This document shows, one piece after another, positions 10,083-19,886 of a DNA stretch of 64,000 bases. Made by a program: the position numbers and the translations under genes. The stretch is from NCBI GenBank assembly GCA_965237905.1, contig OZ250172.1, positions 576,001 to 640,000 of the forward strand, written 5' to 3'. Source of the DNA: Nitrospinaceae bacterium. GTDB taxonomy: Bacteria > Nitrospinota > Nitrospinia > Nitrospinales > Nitrospinaceae. How positions within the stretch are numbered: position 1 is the first letter of the stretch; each line of letters begins with the position of its first letter. The notes under the pieces were generated by a model, which saw only the letters and a list, made by a program, of their open reading frames with translations, was not told where the DNA came from and did no database searches.

Positions 10083-12477
10083 GTGGTGCTATCTTAATAT
10101 AACTTCAAGAAATCCGTGGCTCCTGGTAACGTGCGCCGCTCTGGTAACGCTCGGAGCCCTCTGGATTGCCTCCGGCTTGACCTACAGCCCTCGCCTGGAC
10201 AACCTCCTCCCTCAAGACCTGGAACTTGTCCAGGAGTTCAACCAGGTGATAGAAAAAACAGGAGGTACCGGACCCCTGGTGGTGGTTCTGGACGGCTTAA
10301 AACCAAAAGAAGCACCCGGAGTTATCGATAGCCTGACCGGAAGATTTCAACGGGTCCCTGATGTTTATTTTGTAGACTTCCGGGTACCGGTTAAGTTTTT
10401 AAACAACCGCCAATTGCTGTTCGCCACTCAAAGTGATCTGGAAGAACTGGATCAAGTGATTGAGGGGGCTATTGAACACGCCCGCAGCTCGGTGACCCAA
10501 TTTTTCGGAACTACTCAGGATTCCTATAATCCCTCCAAACTCCAAGACCTGTCCGGCCATTATAAAATCTTTGAAAATATCCAACCGTTCTATAAGGGCA
10601 AAAGCGGAAAACGCTATTATATTTTTATTCAACCTCGCGGCACGGCCTCCAATACAGGTTTCACCCAACAATTCGTTGAGTCGATTCAGGAGCAAGTCGA
10701 TCAGTTCCTTGCAAAAAATCGGTTCCCGAATTTGAAAATCCAGTTTTCCGGAGGCATGATTACACGTATCGAGGAAAACCGGGTCATCCAAAATGATTTA
10801 AAAAATTCAGCGATCGTCACCGTGGTTCTGGTCACATTCATTCTAGCTCTGTACAACCGGTCCGTCCTCTCCATTATTCTACTATTCATTCCCCTGATCA
10901 CCTCCCTCAGCCTGACCTTCGCGCTCACCCGCCTGCTGATTGGCCACGTCAACATTGTTTCCGGGTTTTTGGTCGCGATACTGACCGGATTGGGAATCAA
11001 TTATGGGATACATTTATACATTCGATTCAAGCAGGAATTACGCAAAGGCCAAACCATCCCGGCGGCGGCAGAGCTGGTCGCCACCCAGGTAGGTCGATCC
11101 GGTGTCATCGCCATGGCCACAACCATCAGCGTCTTCTCTTTGTTAATGTTTTCCGATTTCCGCGGATTCTCTGAGTTCGGTGCCATTGCAGCTATCGGGA
11201 TCATGTGCTCCTTCCTCAGCTATTTTTTCCTGTTGCCTGCTTTGATTCTTTGCGCCGACAAAATTCACGGATTACGGAAGCCCCGGCCCCGGCTGTTCTC
11301 TTTAAGAATTTCCGCCATCTATTCCAAAACCCCTCTCTTTCTGGCGGCCATGTTCATCGTGTTGCTGATCTCCAGCCTGTTTCTCCTTCCCGATATTGAG
11401 TTCGAGCACGATTTCCGAAAACTGCGTGGAGAATCGCCGGCTGCCGACTTTGAAGCAGAAACCTCAGAAGACTTTGGGTTCGCCTTTTCTCCAACTGTGA
11501 TTATGACTCCCAACAAAGAGGATCTCTTCCAAATCCATCAGGCTCTTCAAACCCTCAAGGAGAAGTACGGGGACGACTCCACCATAGGAATTCACCATTC
11601 ACTGGATCTGTTCAGCCTCAAGCAATACGAAAGCAAAAAAGCGGTCCTGAAGCACATCCATGATAAATTGATCAAAGACCGGGATATCATTGAAATATCC
11701 ATGGGGACACAGCGATACCGCAAGCTCAAACGTCTGGTGGAAGCCAAACCCTTCGACGAAAAACATATCCCTCCTAATTTATTGAAACGCTTTATGGCGG
11801 GGGATCAATACCTGCTCCTGATTTTTTCTCCGGCAAATAAAAACTTTTTCGATGTAAGAAATATTTATCAACTCAAAAAGGAAATCACTGAACTCAAGGC
11901 ATCCCTCGCCAAAGACAATATCCACTTTGCAGTATTGAATGAGAACCTGCTGGCCGCCGCTATTTTGGACTTGGTTCAACAGAAAGGCCCACAAACCCTG
12001 GCTTGGGCCATGGGACTGGTATTTTTAATCCTGCTCTGGGACTACCGGAGCCCCCGGCTGGCCTTCAAAACCTTCCTTCCCCTGTTTACGGGTCTGGCTC
12101 TGACCGGAGCGTTGATGGCCGTCTTTCATATCAAACTGAATTTCATCAATATGGTGATGCTTCCCTCAATTGTCGGTATAATGGTCGATCATTGCGTTTA
12201 TCTGGGGCATCACATTCTGGATTATTCCCGGTATGAGACCACCAAATCCGTCAAGGAAACCGGAAGCGCTATTATTCTATCCGCCTTGGCAAGCCTGGCG
12301 GGATATATCAGCCTGAATATCGCACAGCATGCCGGAGTACGATCCATCGCTCATGTCGTGGAAGTAGGAATCATCGTCTGCACCCTGTGCGCTTTGTTCA
12401 TGCTCCCGGTATTGTTTCAAATGGGCGCCCACAAGTCTCCTTCATACAGAGCGCCCCAACCGGACAAGCAGGATTGA
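10066..12477 (+). CDS. MMPL/RND-family lipid transporter
   Basis: 803 aa, two TM bundles separated by large soluble loops; GLGINYGIHL and GIMVDHCVYL TM motifs. Confidence 0.85.
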   Translation: MKNILKWCYLNITSRNPWLLVTCAALVTLGALWIASGLTYSPRLDNLLPQDLELVQEFNQVIEKTGGTGPLVVVLDGLKPKEAPGVIDSLTGRFQRVPDVYFVDFRVPVKFLNNRQLLFATQSDLEELDQVIEGAIEHARSSVTQFFGTTQDSYNPSKLQDLSGHYKIFENIQPFYKGKSGKRYYIFIQPRGTASNTGFTQQFVESIQEQVDQFLAKNRFPNLKIQFSGGMITRIEENRVIQNDLKNSAIVTVVLVTFILALYNRSVLSIILLFIPLITSLSLTFALTRLLIGHVNIVSGFLVAILTGLGINYGIHLYIRFKQELRKGQTIPAAAELVATQVGRSGVIAMATTISVFSLLMFSDFRGFSEFGAIAAIGIMCSFLSYFFLLPALILCADKIHGLRKPRPRLFSLRISAIYSKTPLFLAAMFIVLLISSLFLLPDIEFEHDFRKLRGESPAADFEAETSEDFGFAFSPTVIMTPNKEDLFQIHQALQTLKEKYGDDSTIGIHHSLDLFSLKQYESKKAVLKHIHDKLIKDRDIIEISMGTQRYRKLKRLVEAKPFDEKHIPPNLLKRFMAGDQYLLLIFSPANKNFFDVRNIYQLKKEITELKASLAKDNIHFAVLNENLLAAAILDLVQQKGPQTLAWAMGLVFLILLWDYRSPRLAFKTFLPLFTGLALTGALMAVFHIKLNFINMVMLPSIVGIMVDHCVYLGHHILDYSRYETTKSVKETGSAIILSALASLAGYISLNIAQHAGVRSIAHVVEVGIIVCTLCALFMLPVLFQMGAHKSPSYRAPQPDKQD

Positions 12478-12523
12478 ATCGAGTCGGTGCCAACGGATTT
12501 CGATATTTGAATGAGGCTTCTTC

Positions 12524-14176
12524 ATGAACGATTCTTCACCCTTCGAAGGAAAACCCATCTCCAAAATTGCTTCCAAGCTGGGGCTGAAAGAAGAAGATTG
12601 GATTCCCTATGGCACGACCAAAGCCAAGGTCAATCTCGATGTTCTAAAAAAGCACCCACCCCGCGGCAAACTGATTCTGGTCTCCGCCATCACCCCCACC
12701 CCGGCGGGCGAAGGCAAAACCACCACAACCATCGGATTAGGACAGGCCCTGGCACATCAGGGGGAATCTGTCAGCATCGCTTTGCGCGAACCGTCCCTCG
12801 GCCCGTGCCTGGGCATGAAAGGCGGCGCCACCGGCGGAGGCTTGAGCCAGGTGCACCCCGCCGAAGAAATCAATCTCCACTTCACGGGTGATTTCCACGC
12901 CATCACTGCCGCGCATAATCTGCTGGCCGCCCTCCTCGATAACAGAATTTACCGCGAGGAAGCGGTGGCTATTGATCCGCGCCGCATCACCTGGAAACGG
13001 GTCGTCGATATGAACGACCGTGCCCTGCGGAATATCATCATCGGCTTGGGCGGAGTCCTGCAGGGCGTACCGCGTGAATCGGGATTCGATATTACCGCGG
13101 CCTCCGAAATCATGGCCATCCTCTGCCTGGCCAAAGATTACGACGATTTGAAAACCCGCCTGGGCCGCATCCTCGTTGCGTTCACCTACGACGGCAAACC
13201 GGTCACCGCCGACTCGTTGAACGCCACCGGCGCGTTGTCCGCTCTGTTGAAAGACGCGCTCATGCCGAACCTCGTACAGACCACCGAAGGCGTTCCGGCC
13301 TTCATCCACGGCGGACCGTTCGCCAACATCGCCCACGGATGCAACTCGGTGATCGCCACCACAATGGCACTGGGATTGGCGGATTGGGTGATTACTGAAG
13401 CCGGATTCGGATTCGACCTGGGAGCGGAAAAGTTTTTCGACATCAAATGCCAAAGCGCGGGACTGGACACCGCCGCCGTTGTGCTGGTGGCCACCTGCCG
13501 GGCACTCAAAATGCACGGCGGCGTCTCCAAGGACAAGCTCACCGAAAAAAATAAGGAAGCCCTGCAAAAAGGCCTGGCTAATCTTGACAAACACGTCGAG
13601 AACATCCACAAATTCTGCGAACCGCCGGTGGTCTGCCTCAACCGCTTCGCCACCGATCACAATGAAGAAATCGAACTGATCCGCAACCACTGCCTGAAAA
13701 ATTTAGGCGTACCCTTCGCAGTCAGCAATCATTTTGAAGAAGGTGGCAAAGGCGGAGTGGAACTTGCACAGGCGGTGATGCGACACGCAGAGAAAACCTC
13801 GAGTCCATTTTGCCCGCTCTACGACTGGCAAGAGGGCGTCAAAACAAAAATCTGGAAAGTGGCGAACGGTATGTACGGCGCGGAGAACATCGTTTACACC
13901 AAAAAAGCGGAGCGCGATCTGAAATCCATCGAACAACTGGGATACGACAAATTACCGGTGTGCATTGCCAAAACGCCGCAATCGCTGTCCGACGATCCCA
14001 AACTGCTGGGCCGGCCCACAGGATTCACCGTGACCGTGCGTGAAATCATCATTTCGGCGGGCGCCGGATTTCTCGTCCCTATCACCGGAGACATCATGCG
14101 CATGCCCGGCCTGCCGAAAAGCCCACAGGCGGAACACATCGACGTGGTCGACGGCCACATCACCGGCGTGAAATAG
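12524..14176 (+). CDS. fhs: Formate--tetrahydrofolate ligase
   Basis: TPTPAGEGKTT, KGGATGGG, HGGPFANIAHG, IMRMPGLP. Confidence 0.97.
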   Translation: MNDSSPFEGKPISKIASKLGLKEEDWIPYGTTKAKVNLDVLKKHPPRGKLILVSAITPTPAGEGKTTTTIGLGQALAHQGESVSIALREPSLGPCLGMKGGATGGGLSQVHPAEEINLHFTGDFHAITAAHNLLAALLDNRIYREEAVAIDPRRITWKRVVDMNDRALRNIIIGLGGVLQGVPRESGFDITAASEIMAILCLAKDYDDLKTRLGRILVAFTYDGKPVTADSLNATGALSALLKDALMPNLVQTTEGVPAFIHGGPFANIAHGCNSVIATTMALGLADWVITEAGFGFDLGAEKFFDIKCQSAGLDTAAVVLVATCRALKMHGGVSKDKLTEKNKEALQKGLANLDKHVENIHKFCEPPVVCLNRFATDHNEEIELIRNHCLKNLGVPFAVSNHFEEGGKGGVELAQAVMRHAEKTSSPFCPLYDWQEGVKTKIWKVANGMYGAENIVYTKKAERDLKSIEQLGYDKLPVCIAKTPQSLSDDPKLLGRPTGFTVTVREIIISAGAGFLVPITGDIMRMPGLPKSPQAEHIDVVDGHITGVK

Positions 14177-14196
14177 ACCGGACTCCTCAGAAATCC

Positions 14197-14565
14197 CTAT
14201 TCATAATAGGAAGCCCCGCAATTGGGCATCTCGTAAATTTCCACTTTTTTGATGCGGACGCCATCGCTATTGAGATCGGCGCTCAGTTTTTTGTACAACC
14301 AGCGCGCGATATTTTCTGCGGAGGGGTTGTCTTTATCGAAGGGCGGTATTTCGTTGATGTTCTTGTAGTCGAGAAGGGACAGGCAGGACCCGACTTTTTC
14401 CTTGAGCTTGACGAAATCGATACCGACACCGATCGAATCCAACTCCTTCGCCTCGGCAGTAACGGATGCCGTCCAGTTGTGACCGTGCAGGTTTTCAAAC
14501 TGGCCGTCATACCCTTTCAACCGGTGTGCCGCCGAGAATTGTGTGGTCACATAAACTTCATACAT
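14197..14565 (-). CDS. queD: 6-carboxy-5,6,7,8-tetrahydropterin synthase
   Basis: FSAAHRL, LHGHNW, NPSAENIA. Confidence 0.9.
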   Translation of the reverse strand: MYEVYVTTQFSAAHRLKGYDGQFENLHGHNWTASVTAEAKELDSIGVGIDFVKLKEKVGSCLSLLDYKNINEIPPFDKDNPSAENIARWLYKKLSADLNSDGVRIKKVEIYEMPNCGASYYE

Positions 14566-14593
14566 AATCAGACCAATTCATAAAAAATTTCTA

Positions 14594-14610
14594 GACAGGA
14601 TAACAGGATA
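14594..14610. repeat. Left 17-bp inverted repeat GACAGGATAACAGGATA flanking the GxxExxY gene
   Basis: Exact reverse complement of 15054-15070. Confidence 0.9.
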
Positions 14611-14631
14611 AAAACCAAGATTAAATACAAT

Positions 14632-15012
14632 CTATTTAATACCTTTGAGGTCTTTAACCTTACGCTTCACTTCTACTTTTTCGTCCCCAAAATTGAGCAA
14701 TAGACCTAACGGTTGTCTTGTGGCAACTAAATAATTCACTAACTGGACCTCGTGAATTTTATTAATTTTCTGAACTGCTTTCAGCTCCAGAATAATTGAA
14801 TCGTTAACTATGCTATCAGCTATGAATTCACCAACAATTATATCACCATAATATACTTTAATCGGTTTTTGAGTTTCAGCATCCAGACCAAGACTTTTCA
14901 ATTCAATCATCATGCATTTCTCATAAACACTCTCCAAAAAGCCTGATCCCATTTGATTATGGACTTTATAAGCACATCCAATTATTCTCTCGGTTATTTC
15001 TTTATATTCCAT
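14632..15012 (-). CDS. GxxExxY protein (PD-(D/E)XK nuclease-like)
   Basis: GSGFLESVYE motif, ADSIV..ILELKA, QLVNYL, GLLLNFG; visibly AT-richer than its neighbours. Confidence 0.9.
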   Translation of the reverse strand: MEYKEITERIIGCAYKVHNQMGSGFLESVYEKCMMIELKSLGLDAETQKPIKVYYGDIIVGEFIADSIVNDSIILELKAVQKINKIHEVQLVNYLVATRQPLGLLLNFGDEKVEVKRKVKDLKGIK

Positions 15013-15053
15013 AACTTTTGAATCTGCCCTTAATGGTCCATAACTCCTTCCTC

Positions 15054-15101
15054 TATCCTGTTATCCTGTCAAAAAGGTTTTAAGACTGTGGTTATCCTGT
15101 C
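15054..15101. repeat. Right inverted repeat TATCCTGTTATCCTGTC plus partial third copy GTTATCCTGTC (15091-15101)
   Basis: Read directly from the sequence. Confidence 0.9.
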
Positions 15102-15104
15102 CAG

Positions 15105-16484
15105 TCATTTTCCCAAGACGGCGGTTATGCTTTCATGGGCCGCGTTCACCATGGTTTCAATCTGGTCGGGCTCGGTCACCAGTGGCGGAATAAAATAAAC
15201 CACATTCCCCAGGGGACGCAAATACACTTCGCGCTTCAGACCCTCAAGAAAAATCTGATACCCCACCCTCTGCTCAACGGGAAACGGTTCGAGCATTGCG
15301 CGGTTTTGAACCAACTCCACCGCCGCGATCATCCCGGTTTGACGAAACTCACCACACCAGGGCAGATCGCACAGGATTTCACCCTGCTCATGCATCGATT
15401 CTATTTTCGCTTGCAGACTGTCCATAAACCCAGCTTCGGTCAACAGGTCCAACGTTACATTGGCGGCGGCGCAGGCCAACGGGTTGGCCGAATAACTGTG
15501 GCTGTGAATGAACAGTTTAAACGACTCGTAATCGTCATAAAACGCCTGATAAATTTCGTCCGTGGTCAATGTCGCGGCCAGTGGCAGATATCCGGAAGTG
15601 ATCCCCTTGGACAAACACACAAAGGTGGGATTCAACCCGTGATGTTCAGACACGAATAAAGAACCCGTCCTCCCGAAGCCCACCGCCACTTCATCATAGA
15701 TAACATGCACGTCCGATGCCTTACAGGCATCCTCCAGTTTTTTCAGATACACGGGGGGATACATTTTCATCCCCGCGGCGCCCTGCACCAACGGTTCGAG
15801 GATCACCCCGGCGACCGCATCCCGGTTTTTCTCCAGAGCCTGCGCCATCGGCTCGAAACACTCGGCCCGGCAGGACTCACGCTTTAAACCGAACGGACAG
15901 TGCAGGCAATCCGGTCCCTCGACCTCAAAGTTTTGCGGGAGTACTTTTTCAAATTTTTTACGGAACAAATCTATCCCGCACACCGAGAGCGCTCCCAATG
16001 TTTCGCCGTGATAGCCGCCCTTTAAATAAATGAATTTCGTCTTTTGAGGTTTGCCGGTCTGCAACCAGTATTGCAGACTCATCTTCAACGCCACTTCCAC
16101 GGCGGTGGATCCATTGTCCGAAAAAAATACTTTAGTCAATCTGGGGGAAGACGTTTTCACCAGTTTTTCCGCGAGGTCGATGGCGGGTTGGTGCGTCACG
16201 CCGGCGAACATCACGTGCGCCATTTTGTCCAGTTGATCCTTGATGGCTTGGTTGATGCGGGGATGGTTATGTCCGAACAGGTTGACCCACCAGGAGGAAA
16301 TCACATCCATGTACCGGTTCCCCTTCCGGTCGTACAGATAAATGCCCTCGGCCCGGTCAATGAGAAGCGGAGGCACCTCGGCATGGTCCTTCATCTGGGT
16401 GCAGGGATGCCAGACGTGATGAAAGTCCCGGACCAAATCCTCGTCCTGTTTAGGGTTCACAAATGCCAGCGGCGAATTCGCCAT
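15105..16484 (-). CDS. bioA: Adenosylmethionine--8-amino-7-oxononanoate aminotransferase
   Basis: VWHPCTQM, SSWWVNLFGH, DNGSTAVEVALKM, DEVAVGFGRTG, CLSKGITSGYLP. Confidence 0.95.
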   Translation of the reverse strand: MANSPLAFVNPKQDEDLVRDFHHVWHPCTQMKDHAEVPPLLIDRAEGIYLYDRKGNRYMDVISSWWVNLFGHNHPRINQAIKDQLDKMAHVMFAGVTHQPAIDLAEKLVKTSSPRLTKVFFSDNGSTAVEVALKMSLQYWLQTGKPQKTKFIYLKGGYHGETLGALSVCGIDLFRKKFEKVLPQNFEVEGPDCLHCPFGLKRESCRAECFEPMAQALEKNRDAVAGVILEPLVQGAAGMKMYPPVYLKKLEDACKASDVHVIYDEVAVGFGRTGSLFVSEHHGLNPTFVCLSKGITSGYLPLAATLTTDEIYQAFYDDYESFKLFIHSHSYSANPLACAAANVTLDLLTEAGFMDSLQAKIESMHEQGEILCDLPWCGEFRQTGMIAAVELVQNRAMLEPFPVEQRVGYQIFLEGLKREVYLRPLGNVVYFIPPLVTEPDQIETMVNAAHESITAVLGK

Positions 16485-16511
16485 AGAACGCTCACTTTTT
16501 ATTTAAAACTA

Positions 16512-17624
16512 TTAAAGATCGTAACGATCGGGAGAGAACTCCGTTATGGGGTCCTTCAAAATTCCCAACAGGCAGGCGGTCATGTAATCGGCCTGATGAG
16601 GAGTTTGCAGAATGCCGTTGCGATAGTGCCCGGTGGAATAGAACAGGTTTTCGTACCGTCCGCTGGGCCCCATGATGGGCATCAAGTCTTCCGCCGCAGG
16701 CCTCAGCCCGGTCCACGATTCGATCAACGGAGCCTCTTTCAGGCACGGCAAAATTCCCGCGGCACGATTGATGAGGCCTTGAATCACATCGGCTTCCACC
16801 GTGTCGTTGAATCCCCGGTCCTCCATGGTGGATCCCACCACGAAACCGTTGCCTTCACGCCAGGGTGCCACATACGTGTTCAGGCCGTGAATCGTATAGT
16901 CCAGCCGTCCGTCCTCCACCGCCACGCGGCACATTTGTCCCTTGATGGGTTTGAGCGGCATGGACACTTCAAGGACCTTGCCCATCTGCTGGGACCAGCT
17001 TCCCGCCGCCACTACAAATTGTTTGCCGCGGATTTCACCGGAATCGGTAACCACCGCATGAATCCGGTTGGAGTAACGTTGAAAACCCGTCGCATTTTTA
17101 TTGAAGACCTGGACGCCCCGCTGACTGGAACCGGCCACCAGCGCATCGTGCAATTGCCGGTTGTTGACCTGCCCTTCGCCCACCCAGATGACCTCACCGC
17201 AATCCGGCGCCAAGTCAGGTACCTGTGCACGCACCCGGCTCACCGGCCACACCTCATGCGGAATATTCTCCTCGCGAAAAAACCTGAGCCGTTCGTCCCA
17301 CTGGTCCCCCACCGAAGACGCAGGCATGAGGGACCCGGCCATCGACAGGTAAATGCCAACACCGCTGACGTCGGTGAGTTCCTCGATGAAAACCGGAAAT
17401 TTGTCGAGAGATTCCCGGCAAAACCGGAAAAAGCGGTCTCCTTGCCGGCATTCACAGTAGGGGGCCAGCATCCCCGCCGCCGCCCGGGATGCCATCACCG
17501 AATTCATGGGATCCCCCAGCACGGCCACGTTGAGCGAGGGCTCGGTTCCTTTCAACTGATAGGCAATGCTGTGGCCGATGACCCCAGCCCCGACGATCAC
17601 CACATCAAACGCATCTGATGCCAT
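16512..17624 (-). CDS. thiO: Glycine oxidase ThiO-like FAD oxidoreductase
   Basis: GAGVIG, ASRAAAGML, PIKGQ, WTGLRP, GHYRNGIL; ATG 17624 preceded by AGGAG. Confidence 0.8.
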   Translation of the reverse strand: MASDAFDVVIVGAGVIGHSIAYQLKGTEPSLNVAVLGDPMNSVMASRAAAGMLAPYCECRQGDRFFRFCRESLDKFPVFIEELTDVSGVGIYLSMAGSLMPASSVGDQWDERLRFFREENIPHEVWPVSRVRAQVPDLAPDCGEVIWVGEGQVNNRQLHDALVAGSSQRGVQVFNKNATGFQRYSNRIHAVVTDSGEIRGKQFVVAAGSWSQQMGKVLEVSMPLKPIKGQMCRVAVEDGRLDYTIHGLNTYVAPWREGNGFVVGSTMEDRGFNDTVEADVIQGLINRAAGILPCLKEAPLIESWTGLRPAAEDLMPIMGPSGRYENLFYSTGHYRNGILQTPHQADYMTACLLGILKDPITEFSPDRYDL

Positions 17625-17862
17625 AAAGCGAGTCTCCTGTATGAGTCCCGGCATTGTAACCAAATTTGTAAAACAGCTCCACTGAAAGGACTCCTGGCGG
17701 CCTACAATTAATCTCCGAAAGCGCCTGTAGCGCTTGATAAAAGGCCGGAGGGTATGCTATTTTGGGGCATCTCTAAAATACAATCCCCTTACCCGGCGGG
17801 TGCAGTGGACGTCTGGGAAGATTGAGTTAATCCATTGAAAATTTTGAATTTAAGGATTTACC

Positions 17863-18516
17863 ATGACAGAAGAAGGCGCCCAGGAATCAGAAAGTAAAAG
17901 CGGGCAGGAAGCGGTTCAAAAAGCCAGCGAGAAGATCGAGCCGATTATCGCCCACCTCAAGGTGGTGGAAGCGGACGTCGACCTGGACAAAATCCGCACT
18001 CATTTTGACCAATTGTGGGAATTTGAGAAAGCGGACGAGCTGAGCCCGGAGGAACAATACCTGACCACCATCGCATTGTTTATCTACACAACTCACGGCG
18101 CGCTGGATGATTACAACATCAATGTCAAACGGGCGCGGGAATATGTCACGGAAGCCTTCCGGAGCTGGTTGAAGCCGGAACTTGATAAAATGGTTGCTGA
18201 AGAAAAGGCATCGGACAATCCCTTCAGAACCTTTGTCGAACAGAGCCTTCCCAAGGTGGATGATATTTACTCTTGGCGGCATTTTCAGCTGGATCACAAA
18301 AAGAATGACGAAGCCAACTGGACCTACAAAATGAAACAGTGCTGGTTCGCTACTTTTTTCATCCGGTACGGGCGCACCGATATCATCCAGACCGCCTGCA
18401 GTTTTGATTCGATTCCTTCGGAAGCCCGGCAGGACTATGTGAACCTGAAATTGACCAACACGTTTGCCAAGCTGGGTTCCTTCTGCGAGTTCAAATACAC
18501 TCCGAAGAAAGATTGA
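17863..18516 (+). CDS. Protein with ATC-hydrolase-like (L-2-amino-thiazoline-4-carboxylate hydrolase family) Cys motif
   Basis: CWFATFF..YG...TACSFD...LGSFCEFKY pattern; AAGGA upstream. Confidence 0.55.
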   Translation: MTEEGAQESESKSGQEAVQKASEKIEPIIAHLKVVEADVDLDKIRTHFDQLWEFEKADELSPEEQYLTTIALFIYTTHGALDDYNINVKRAREYVTEAFRSWLKPELDKMVAEEKASDNPFRTFVEQSLPKVDDIYSWRHFQLDHKKNDEANWTYKMKQCWFATFFIRYGRTDIIQTACSFDSIPSEARQDYVNLKLTNTFAKLGSFCEFKYTPKKD

Positions 18517-18541
18517 TTGCGTTTCAGGCAGGTTGAAAGAA

Positions 18542-19186
18542 TTACTTCACTTTATCTTTGTAAATGACTTGAAACTCGGCGACCGCCTTTTTGACTCCCT
18601 TGGTCATGGAGCGGACCGATAACGTTGCCCCGGTAATGTTATTGATATCGTTGAATGGATCGCTGGCACCCCGCCCGAAAAACTGGCTCATGAATGATTC
18701 GAAGCGCACTTCCCAGCCGTGCGGCTCCCGGTACACCATAATCTCCACATCCTTCACCGTGCCGTCGAGATTGATCACCACCATGAAGGTGATGGGGTAA
18801 GATCGTCCGATTTCGTTGCCGATGACCATGGCGCCCATCGGCTTGCCCGCCTCGTCCAATCCGAAATAATGGGTCGCGCGGCGTTCATTATATTTAATTT
18901 GATCGCCAAGGATATTCTGGATGGCCGCCGTTTGGGTGTCGGTCAGCCACACCTTTTTCTTTTTAACTTTTTTGACCCCGGGAAACGCCAGTTTCAGCGC
19001 CTCCTTTTTGGTCAGAAACATCTGCTCGACGTACTCCTCCTCTTCTTCCGCTCCCACGGTCAGGGTGAGAAGACACAGCATCATACCCGCAAGGAGTGCG
19101 GCTTTTAAAAAGAAAGAAACCCGAGGCCACAGGCCACCGGGTTTCTTCGCATGTCGGGTATTTATGGAGTTCAAGGATAATGCCAA
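18542..19186 (-). CDS. Exported FMN-binding domain protein
   Basis: N-terminal hydrophobic signal; YREPHGWEV; flavinylation motif NITGATLS. Confidence 0.85.
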   Translation of the reverse strand: MALSLNSINTRHAKKPGGLWPRVSFFLKAALLAGMMLCLLTLTVGAEEEEEYVEQMFLTKKEALKLAFPGVKKVKKKKVWLTDTQTAAIQNILGDQIKYNERRATHYFGLDEAGKPMGAMVIGNEIGRSYPITFMVVINLDGTVKDVEIMVYREPHGWEVRFESFMSQFFGRGASDPFNDINNITGATLSVRSMTKGVKKAVAEFQVIYKDKVK

Positions 19187-19202
19187 ACCGATAACAACCT
19201 TT

Positions 19203-19775
19203 CTATTTCACCTTGTCCAGAAAAATAACCTGGTAAGCGGAGACACTCTTCTGGACCCCCGCTGTGATGGTGCGCACCGAAATGGTAGCGCCGGTGATGC
19301 CGCTGATGGACCGGAAATCGGAATCAGACTTCATCCCGAAGAATTGCTTTAACCAGGACTCGTTTTGAATCCCCCAGTTGCGTGCGCCTTCATAATTCAA
19401 CACCTCGACATCCTTGACACTGCCATCGGCATTCATCACCACCAGATAACTGACGCTCCAGGACCGGTTGGTCACCCGTTCCACCACGGCGTATCCCATG
19501 ACCTGCCCGCCCTTTTTCCCGATATAAAAGCTCATGGTTTTGTCCCGAATCACCTGGGTGGACAGCTTGCCGATGGCCGCCCGCTGGGGAGTGGTCAACC
19601 GAATGCGTTTTTTAACGATTTTGTCCGCTCCAGGGAAGGCCATTTTCACCGCCTCTTCTTTGGAAGAAACGTCCAGAGCGGAAGCGTTGCCCGCCATCAA
19701 CCCCAGAACCGCGGCGACTACCCAGAACCCTTGCCAGAGAACCCGGACCGTTTGTTTGATGTTTTCAGTTTTCAT
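19203..19775 (-). CDS. Exported FMN-binding domain protein, paralog
   Basis: Signal peptide ending ASA; AFPGA; GITGATIS; C-terminus YQVIFLDKVK resembles the neighbour's FQVIYKDKVK. Confidence 0.85.
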   Translation of the reverse strand: MKTENIKQTVRVLWQGFWVVAAVLGLMAGNASALDVSSKEEAVKMAFPGADKIVKKRIRLTTPQRAAIGKLSTQVIRDKTMSFYIGKKGGQVMGYAVVERVTNRSWSVSYLVVMNADGSVKDVEVLNYEGARNWGIQNESWLKQFFGMKSDSDFRSISGITGATISVRTITAGVQKSVSAYQVIFLDKVK

Positions 19776-19886
19776 TGCCCGCCTCGTGTTTATAAAGTTC
19801 ATTATACGTTTAATTGATATTTATTTGAAATAGCCGTTTTCGCGGATCTTGAGATTCCACGAAAAGGCCCATTCATCCATTCCTGA

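Noticed and set aside
16044..17618. 524-aa plus-strand ORF
   Set aside because: Antisense shadow of bioA and thiO with no recognisable motifs; the same applies to other long antisense ORFs (12737-13690, 40287-41330, 46788-47747, 48371-49453)
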